IMG/VR virus record: IMGVR_UViG_3300032320_001596
Span: 1-24,009 of that record
Reading direction: 5' to 3' (one strand)
Source: a virus
Taxonomy: Duplodnaviria > Caudoviricetes
DNA length: 24,009 nucleotides
In this document: positions 18,773 to 24,009 of the stretch, piece after piece
Numbering within the stretch: position 1 is the stretch's first letter
Layout of the letters: each line of letters opens with the position of its first letter
Notes under the pieces: model-generated
Databases searched by the model: none
What the model was told of the DNA's origin: nothing
Seen by the model: the letters and a program-made list of their open reading frames with translations, nothing else
Translations under genes and position numbers: made by a program

Positions 18773-20080
18773 TTAAACAGTTTTAGTTCCTGATTTATTT
18801 TCATTCAATGTTGTTGGCACAATGTGTTCAAAGGTCCATTTCACATTGCTTGGCCATCCATTAACAATTCCAACTGTGCGCAATGGTTTTAACACAATCA
18901 TTTGTTCTGCATAAGAAGCTGAAATGGTGTTATCCATTCCAACTCTTTTATCACTTCCAGAACCAGCTCCCATTGAATTGGATTGTGTGCTGATATTAGC
19001 CAATGAAACATCAACCCCAATTGCGCGCGCTGTTTGCATATCAGCTTCTTGCAAAGATGTTAAGAACTGATCCTTTTTGATTGGATCTTTCAATTCTGTG
19101 ATTTTCCATCCTGGAATTTCTTTTCCTGTTGCTTGATGAATTCCAAAATGTGAATAAAAGTTTCTGCCAGCATTTTCAAAACCAAGCAAGTAAGTATTCA
19201 TTTCATTCATTTTTTCATCTTGCAAAGTGCGCTTTTCTGCTGGTGTTTTAGTGTTCCAATCTTTATAAACTTTTTCCCAGTAATCATAAGGAATTTCAAT
19301 ATGGTAACGCAAATTAAATCCATTGTTATTGATTTTATTCATTAATAATGGAACAGAAAGCGAATAATCCAACCAACCATTTGATTCAAACAATCCAATG
19401 TGTTGTGGAACAGCGTAAAGTGTGCGCCCTGGTGATGGAAGATTGTTATGTGTAATGAATTTCTTTCTGAATTTTAAAACTTCTTCCCTTCTTACTGAAT
19501 AATCATCAAGAAATTTCACATCAACATAATCTGAAGGTCTATCTGGCCAATTGGAATTGATAAACACATTTTTAATAATGTTATTTTCAATCAATCCAAA
19601 GCGGCAAAATTCAGCTTCTTGATGCCAAATATTTACAATTTTATCATTCTTAATGTTGAAAATAAATTCACAGAAAACATTGTTATACATTTTCAAATCC
19701 ATCCAGCGTTCCAACATGATTAATTCCAAATCATTATTTTCCAAAAATTCTTCTATTTCTGGAATGGCTGAATAATCCCTTTTGATTCCTTCTTCAGTTC
19801 TAATTTCACGATAATATTGAGGACCACGACCAAACAAGGTTGTTGCCATTTTTATCAAAAGCGGATAAGCAGTTGTTGTTTTTTCCAGTTTTTGCCTTTG
19901 TTCTGTTGGTTTTAAGTTATTGGTTCCCCAATATTGCATGGTTGTGCCTTGAACATAAGGTGTTGAAATTGGTGTTGTTGGCTTTGTTGCTGCATCTGGT
20001 GCTAAAGAAACAACAGTTCCAGAACCATGAAGCACTGCAAAATTTTCACCAACAAATTCAACTTGGTTTTCTTTTTTCAT
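18773..20080 (-). CDS. Putative portal protein, Bacteroidota phage type (435 aa)
   Basis: WGTNNLKP, PSPGRTLYAVP, LRYHIEIPYDYW, LLGFENAG, GSGSDKR, TTLNENKSG motifs; size fits a portal. Confidence 0.7.
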   Translation of the reverse strand: MKKENQVEFVGENFAVLHGSGTVVSLAPDAATKPTTPISTPYVQGTTMQYWGTNNLKPTEQRQKLEKTTTAYPLLIKMATTLFGRGPQYYREIRTEEGIKRDYSAIPEIEEFLENNDLELIMLERWMDLKMYNNVFCEFIFNIKNDKIVNIWHQEAEFCRFGLIENNIIKNVFINSNWPDRPSDYVDVKFLDDYSVRREEVLKFRKKFITHNNLPSPGRTLYAVPQHIGLFESNGWLDYSLSVPLLMNKINNNGFNLRYHIEIPYDYWEKVYKDWNTKTPAEKRTLQDEKMNEMNTYLLGFENAGRNFYSHFGIHQATGKEIPGWKITELKDPIKKDQFLTSLQEADMQTARAIGVDVSLANISTQSNSMGAGSGSDKRVGMDNTISASYAEQMIVLKPLRTVGIVNGWPSNVKWTFEHIVPTTLNENKSGTKTV

Positions 20081-20391
20081 AGCATAACTCTTTTATCATT
20101 GAACATTAAAATCAAAGGCAAATGCACTGGCTTCAATGAAGAAGTTTGGCGATCACCCATGTAAAGTGTAAAAATTCGTGTGAAATTTGAATAATGGTTT
20201 CTTTTTTTAACCTTTAAATCTTGAATTTTTTGAGTTTCTGTGCGTTCTGTTTTTGCTTTGGTAACTCTTCCAGTAATTGTGCGCAATTTTCCACCACTTT
20301 TGCGCATAATATCAAGCGAAACATATTGGATTTTAACCAATTCGCCAGCATCAATTGCTTCCACTACTTTTTCAAATCGAATGTGATTCAT
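20077..20391 (-). CDS. Conserved phage protein preceding portal (104 aa)
   Basis: NHYSNFTR...VHLPLILMFNDKRV C-terminus; ATGA coupling to portal. Confidence 0.65.
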   Translation of the reverse strand: MNHIRFEKVVEAIDAGELVKIQYVSLDIMRKSGGKLRTITGRVTKAKTERTETQKIQDLKVKKRNHYSNFTRIFTLYMGDRQTSSLKPVHLPLILMFNDKRVML

Positions 20392-20430
20392 AGTACAAAA
20401 ATCAAAGATTTTACATAAAAATATAATGAC
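20392..20430 (-). promoter_or_regulatory. Putative late promoter (GTCAT...GATTTTTG-N4-ATG)
   Basis: Same motif and 27-nt offset as at 5880 and 6017. Confidence 0.65.
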
Positions 20431-20460
20431 AAAAAAAAGCCACCTTTTCAGATGGCTTTT
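20431..20460 (-). terminator. Intrinsic terminator
   Basis: AAAAGCCA-ccttttcaga-TGGCTTTT with 8-nt U-tract on minus strand. Confidence 0.75.
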
Positions 20461-20505
20461 CCGCTTTCCATTTTACCTAAATTTACAATATGGCACTATT
20501 GAGAT

Positions 20506-20787
20506 TCAAATATAAATATTTTTTGTAAGAATCAAATAAATCGCAAAAACTGTTGCAGAAAATAAAGCTAAAAATCCAGCAATGAATAATAAAAATGCAA
20601 AAATGTTTTCAATGCAAGATGTGGATTTGCTTTCATTCAATCCGTTTTCAAGAAAATCAATTTCATCTTTGATTAAGATTGCGGCTTCAGAATCGGGCGC
20701 AATATCGCCTTCAATAACTAAAAATTGATAAGATTTTCTTAATTTTTTAAGTCGTTGATTGATTGGATGGTTTTGGTTTTGGTTCAT
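20506..20787 (-). CDS. Hypothetical membrane protein (93 aa)
   Basis: C-terminal hydrophobic segment; co-oriented. Confidence 0.6.
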   Translation of the reverse strand: MNQNQNHPINQRLKKLRKSYQFLVIEGDIAPDSEAAILIKDEIDFLENGLNESKSTSCIENIFAFLLFIAGFLALFSATVFAIYLILTKNIYI

Positions 20788-20944
20788 AATTTTGACATTT
20801 AAGAATTAATTTTGGGTATAAATCTAATTTTTTTCTGGCATCGGATTCACTATCCGCATCAATGAAGCGATAAATAATTTTTTGTTTTAGTTTTCCATCA
20901 ACAGGAACAAAGTTTTTTACTGTGAATTTGAAGGTTGCCATCAT
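20747..20944 (-). CDS. Hypothetical protein (65 aa)
   Basis: Packed between neighbours; IDADSESDARKKL helix motif. Confidence 0.55.
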   Translation of the reverse strand: MMATFKFTVKNFVPVDGKLKQKIIYRFIDADSESDARKKLDLYPKLILKCQNYEPKPKPSNQSTT

Positions 20945-20946
20945 TT

Positions 20947-21762
20947 CTATTTTTCAGGATTTGATTTAATATTCTGTTCTGATAATCTATCCAACTCAAA
21001 CATCACCGTGAACCAGTTTTGTTTTGCTTGATCTTCGTAATTTCCGAAAACGCCAGTATGCGACAAATCCAACAAAGCACCAGCCCAACCGCGATCATCC
21101 ATTTTGATTTTGCCACTTGATTCTGCAAAAATATACTTCAACATCTTGAAACGCTGTTCACGAACTGATTTGAAATAAATGAAATTTGCCACCAACAGAT
21201 TCAAAGGTAATTTGTTGAAATCTTCAATTCTTGATTTGCATCTTTCCGCATTGAATTCTTCGCGAATGTCGGTGTTCCATTTGGCTGTTTTTCTGAAAGC
21301 TGTTAAATCTGTTCGCTCTGGTCGATACATATATGACATCATCACCGCTAATTGTTCTGCATCCTTTCCATTTGAAGCTTTCACAAATGCCGTTTCAATC
21401 AAAGTGAATTCTTCAATGGTACATTTCGCCATTAAACCAATTGGACCGTAAAATCGTTCTTTGGCAACCAATATTGAAGGTAACAATTGACCAACCAAAA
21501 GCGGTTCTTGCAAGAATACAAAATCCAAGTGTGGCAAAATATCAACCCATTCGCTGGCTGTAATTTTGTTGGTGTATCTATCAGGAACATCGGAAAGGAT
21601 TCTGAAAGCTACAATTCGCAAAGCATTGTATTCTACGGCTGTGGCTTGCTTGTTTATGAATTGTGATAATAGTTGGCAAACATTGATAAATTCAAGTTGC
21701 GTAAATTCTGAATAGGAAGATTTTAGATGGTATTCTTCGGAGTTGATTAGGAGTTTTTTCAT
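20947..21762 (-). CDS. Conserved Bacteroidota phage protein, possible tail assembly chaperone (271 aa)
   Basis: FYGP....CTIEEF, LAVMMSYMYRP, GW...LLDLSHTGVFG motifs recalled from Bacteroidota prophage structural modules; function inferred. Confidence 0.55.
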   Translation of the reverse strand: MKKLLINSEEYHLKSSYSEFTQLEFINVCQLLSQFINKQATAVEYNALRIVAFRILSDVPDRYTNKITASEWVDILPHLDFVFLQEPLLVGQLLPSILVAKERFYGPIGLMAKCTIEEFTLIETAFVKASNGKDAEQLAVMMSYMYRPERTDLTAFRKTAKWNTDIREEFNAERCKSRIEDFNKLPLNLLVANFIYFKSVREQRFKMLKYIFAESSGKIKMDDRGWAGALLDLSHTGVFGNYEDQAKQNWFTVMFELDRLSEQNIKSNPEK

Positions 21763-22004
21763 TTGTTGAAATTCATTAAAGCCATAAATGAAACTGAATG
21801 ATCTACTAATTTTTGACTATAAGATGATGCAAGTTTCAATAAAACAGAATTAACTAATTGTAAGTCAAAATCATCTTTATTTTCTTGGTTTTCAATAAAT
21901 TTTTCAATTGATTCAAGAACGTGAACTTCTAATGATAATTGCTTAATTCTTTTAAGTCGTTTTTGTTCAAACATTTCTTTTTCCATTTCTTCTCCTATGT
22001 TCAT
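21759..22004 (-). CDS. Hypothetical protein (81 aa)
   Basis: ATGA overlaps with both the integrase and the 271-aa gene. Confidence 0.6.
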   Translation of the reverse strand: MNIGEEMEKEMFEQKRLKRIKQLSLEVHVLESIEKFIENQENKDDFDLQLVNSVLLKLASSYSQKLVDHSVSFMALMNFNK

Positions 22005-22801
22005 ATTGGTAAATTTATACGATTCAACATTGCTTGTGAAACGTGGGTGTATATTTCAGTTGTTTTGGTTGAAGAATGACCAGCAATCTTTTGAATCATT
22101 CTAATATCAGTGCCGTTTTCCAACAAATTTGTAAAACACGAATGGCGCAATTGGTGGATGTGACCTTTTTCATCAATATAATTTTTGAAAATTGCCTGGC
22201 AACTTCTTACAGAATATTGCAATGAATATTGACCATTGAAAAGAAATTCTTTTGGCTTGTAAACTTTGTAATATTCACGAAGCAATTCAAGTATTTTTTC
22301 ACTCAAAGGAACAACGCGATCTTTTCTTCCCTTGGCATTTTTGATGTGAATAATCATTCGCTTTGAATCAATATCAGAAATGCGAAGATTTACCACTTCA
22401 GAAACACGCAAGCCAACTGAAAAAGTCAACGAAAGCAATGTTTTGTGTTTCAGATTTTCAATTTTAGAAAGCGATTGTAAAATATGATTTGTGTCAATCA
22501 CAACTGGCAATTTCTTTTCCTTTTTTGCATAAGGAATAAAGCGAAATTTAAAAGGTTGGTGAACTGTCAATTTATAAAACAATTTCAATGCTGAATGAGC
22601 GTGCCTTTGTGAATTGATGCACTTCGCCGTCAATAGGTACTTTTCAATTTCATCACTTGAAATATGTTTTGGCGAATCTTTTTCTTTGAATTTATTCAAG
22701 AAAATTTCTACTTGACAAGAGTAGTTTTTGATTGTTGATGGCGAGTATTGTTTGACTTTCAATACTTGCTCATACTTTTCTAAGTAGTTTGAGTTTTTCA
22801 T
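22001..22801 (-). CDS. Tyrosine recombinase, integron-integrase-like but lacking the IntI-specific insertion (266 aa)
   Basis: Catalytic R132, K157, H216-x-x-R219, H242, Y251; IntI-like YSPSTIKNY, KKLPVV, KGRKDRVVPL, TTEIYTHV. Confidence 0.92.
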   Translation of the reverse strand: MKNSNYLEKYEQVLKVKQYSPSTIKNYSCQVEIFLNKFKEKDSPKHISSDEIEKYLLTAKCINSQRHAHSALKLFYKLTVHQPFKFRFIPYAKKEKKLPVVIDTNHILQSLSKIENLKHKTLLSLTFSVGLRVSEVVNLRISDIDSKRMIIHIKNAKGRKDRVVPLSEKILELLREYYKVYKPKEFLFNGQYSLQYSVRSCQAIFKNYIDEKGHIHQLRHSCFTNLLENGTDIRMIQKIAGHSSTKTTEIYTHVSQAMLNRINLPI

Positions 22802-22835
22802 GCTCTATTTATTTGATTTTTAATTTTTTAAGTGT

Positions 22836-22860
22836 GGATGTTTACATATTATTGTTAGGC
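22836..22860 (+). other. attI-like recombination site (core GTTAGGC at 22854-22860)
   Basis: Exact GTTRRRY core 53 nt upstream of integrase start, with no hairpin partner on the integrase side. Confidence 0.6.
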
Positions 22861-23121
22861 ACAATTAATTTCTTTTAATAATGCTTTTATCAATTCATCT
22901 CCTATAACAGAACACATATTTTGATCTTTCAATTTTTCGAGTAAAGAAATTAACTGTTCACTTCGTTGCTTAACAGCAGGTATATTCAATTTTTTAACCT
23001 TACACATCAGGTCATTTGTAACTGCATATATATCTGTTGCCTTATCTTCTGTCATTGTAGTTCCAATTGATAGTTCTACTAATGCTTCAATCTCTTTTAA
23101 TTTATCAATGTATTCTTTCAT
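22855..23121 (-). CDS. Cassette 1 hypothetical protein (88 aa)
   Basis: ORF whose TAA is the TTA of the GTTA core and whose start lies inside the attC-like loop. Confidence 0.65.
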   Translation of the reverse strand: MKEYIDKLKEIEALVELSIGTTMTEDKATDIYAVTNDLMCKVKKLNIPAVKQRSEQLISLLEKLKDQNMCSVIGDELIKALLKEINCA

Positions 23122-23168
23122 ATTTCTACTTTTAAATCGGTTAAAAAACTAAATATACCTGCAACACG
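22855..23168 (+). mobile_element. Integron-like gene cassette 1
   Basis: Starts G|TTAGGCA; complementary TGCTTAAC at 22967-22974 (7/8); attC-like hairpin closes at G|TT 23168. Confidence 0.65.
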
Positions 23169-23174
23169 TTATAA
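22967..23174 (+). repeat. attC-like site 1 (24-bp arms, 139-nt loop)
   Basis: TAAC-A-GCAGGTATATTCAATTTTTTAACC (22976-22999) / GGTTAAAAAACTAAATATACCTGC (23139-23162)-AACAC-GTT; 22/24 paired. Confidence 0.75.
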
Positions 23175-23623
23175 GCCATTTTAGGACAGCTTCACAATTA
23201 TCAAATCTGCCTCTGACGGAATTTCAGAAACCTTAATTCTGATTTCATTTCCCCATTGGTCGCCTGTCGTTTTTAAATCTACTTCAACACCATTTTGAAT
23301 ATACTCAATGATGCTATCGGTTCTTATATCTTCCAAATCATTACCACCAAGTTTGCCTTTAAAAAACTCACTTGTTTCTTTTGGAAATGATAAACTGTTT
23401 TCAATACAGAATTTAACTGCATTAAAGTGTTTCTGAAATTCTTTACTTTCTGTGCTTGAATAAGCTGTTACGTTTAATGATACTGACATTGTTTTTAAAT
23501 TAAATTGTTAAGCCAAACACGAATAAAAACGGCTTATAACAGTGGTTTGGCAAAATACCGCCACAAGCCTTTGTGCTAAATTTAAACATTGTGCAAGGCG
23601 GTACTTCGCCAAGCCACCAAACG
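23169..23623 (+). mobile_element. Integron-like gene cassette 2
   Basis: Starts G|TTATAAGCCATTTT; complementary AAAACGGCTTATAAC at 23526-23540 (14/15); attC-like hairpin closes at G|TT 23623. Confidence 0.75.
23181..23489 (-). CDS. Cassette 2 hypothetical protein (102 aa)
   Basis: Single ORF filling the cassette; A-rich start context. Confidence 0.7.
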   Translation of the reverse strand: MSVSLNVTAYSSTESKEFQKHFNAVKFCIENSLSFPKETSEFFKGKLGGNDLEDIRTDSIIEYIQNGVEVDLKTTGDQWGNEIRIKVSEIPSEADLIIVKLS

Positions 23624-23629
23624 TTATCC
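23531..23629 (+). repeat. attC-like site 2 (21-bp arms, 34-nt loop)
   Basis: TAAC-A-GTGGTTTGGCAAAATACCGCC (23542-23562) / GGCGGTACTTCGCCAAGCCAC (23597-23617)-CAAAC-GTT; 18/21 paired. Confidence 0.8.
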
Positions 23630-23851
23630 AAAAATCCACCATATCAAACTCCAAACAAGCACATTTGCCAACAATGTTCCAAAGAACATCAAGAAAAGTG
23701 AAAACTTTTTGAATCCTGGTTTTATCAATTTTGATTCATAGGTGTAATTCCACACTGAATAAATTTCACTAAAGCGGAAAATGAACAGAAATGTTCCAAT
23801 AAAAAGCCAAATAAACAGCTTAAAAATTCTTGTGATTTTGTTTTTCATCAT
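23624..23851 (-). CDS. Small two-TM membrane protein (75 aa)
   Basis: Two hydrophobic segments; stop TAA coincides with GTTA core at 23623-23626. Confidence 0.6.
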   Translation of the reverse strand: MMKNKITRIFKLFIWLFIGTFLFIFRFSEIYSVWNYTYESKLIKPGFKKFSLFLMFFGTLLANVLVWSLIWWIFG

Positions 23852-23865
23852 ATTGATTTTTTTTA

Positions 23866-23873
23866 CAAATATA
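23866..23873 (-). promoter_or_regulatory. Bacteroidota-type -7 element TATATTTG upstream of the cassette/integrase operon
   Basis: CAAATATA on + strand, 14 nt before ATG at 23851. Confidence 0.6.
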
Positions 23874-23884
23874 AAATAGAAAAA

Positions 23885-23913
23885 TGAATTAAATGAATTA
23901 AATGTGAATTAAG
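23885..23913. repeat. TGAATTAAA x2 + TG + TGAATTAAG, putative operator
   Basis: Near copy of the array at 17061-17087, in the same position relative to the promoter. Confidence 0.75.
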
Positions 23914-24009
23914 ATTTTTTTATAAGGGTTTTTTCTTGCTTAAAAATCTAAACATCACATTTTTAAGCCTTTACAAAAATAAATTTAAAAAATAAACCCA
24001 AGAAAAAAG

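Larger units (their letters stand above)
1..24009. mobile_element. Tailed phage / prophage genome segment, probable Bacteroidota host; no ends visible in window
   Basis: Tape measure, portal-like, tail, holin-like, primase-ATPase, HNH and DUF4406 genes throughout; no host housekeeping gene recognised. Confidence 0.92.

Noticed and set aside
113-21451. Short ORFs in the track overlapping long genes (e.g. 113-376+, 1903-2214+, 6603-9804 set, 11386-11715+, 11807-12112+, 13645-15451 set, 17627-18580+, 19840-20418+, 21179-21451+)
   Set aside because: Antisense or out-of-frame shadows of longer, motif-bearing or operon-coupled genes; no independent support
22001-22801. Calling the recombinase host XerC/XerD or the prophage integrase
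   Set aside because: Short, without an arm-binding domain, lies mid-operon with phage genes downstream, and is adjacent to cassette-like sites; a role in prophage integration is not strictly excluded
22976-23617. Interpreting the two hairpins as intrinsic terminators, REP elements or a CRISPR array
   Set aside because: No U-tracts, one loop is 139 nt and coding, arms are unrelated in sequence, and no repeat-spacer periodicity or cas genes
23624-24009. Third cassette containing the 75-aa gene
   Set aside because: No complementary GGATAAC box or attC-like hairpin seen before the window ends
1-24009. Stop-codon reassignment as in some Bacteroidota phages
   Set aside because: Standard code gives dense, intact long ORFs, and TAA, TGA and TAG all occur at plausible gene ends

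Overview
AT-rich 24-kb segment of a tailed phage or prophage, most likely of a Bacteroidota (Flavobacteriales-like) host: TAnnTTTG promoters, A-rich translation starts, and a Flavobacterium-style DnaG N-terminus lacking most zinc ligands. It carries tail genes, a TP901-type tape measure protein, a DnaG primase fused to a P-loop ATPase, HNH-like and DUF4406 genes, a holin-like cluster, and portal-like and DUF6712-like genes. Structural and early modules are interleaved. The most notable signal is at the right end (22001-23630): an intact IntI-like tyrosine recombinase lacking the integron-specific insertion, next to an attI-like GTTAGGC core and two self-complementary cassettes that end in attC-like hairpins with identical geometry. 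The cassette genes point toward the integrase, and one starts inside its own attC loop and reads through the hairpin arm. Also seen: a fixed-spacing, near-leaderless putative late promoter (GTC[C/A]T...GANTTTTG-N4/5-ATG) before three structural operons, a (TGAATTAAA)x3 array on two host-type promoters, and a candidate small RNA. All family assignments are from motif recognition only, with no database search.
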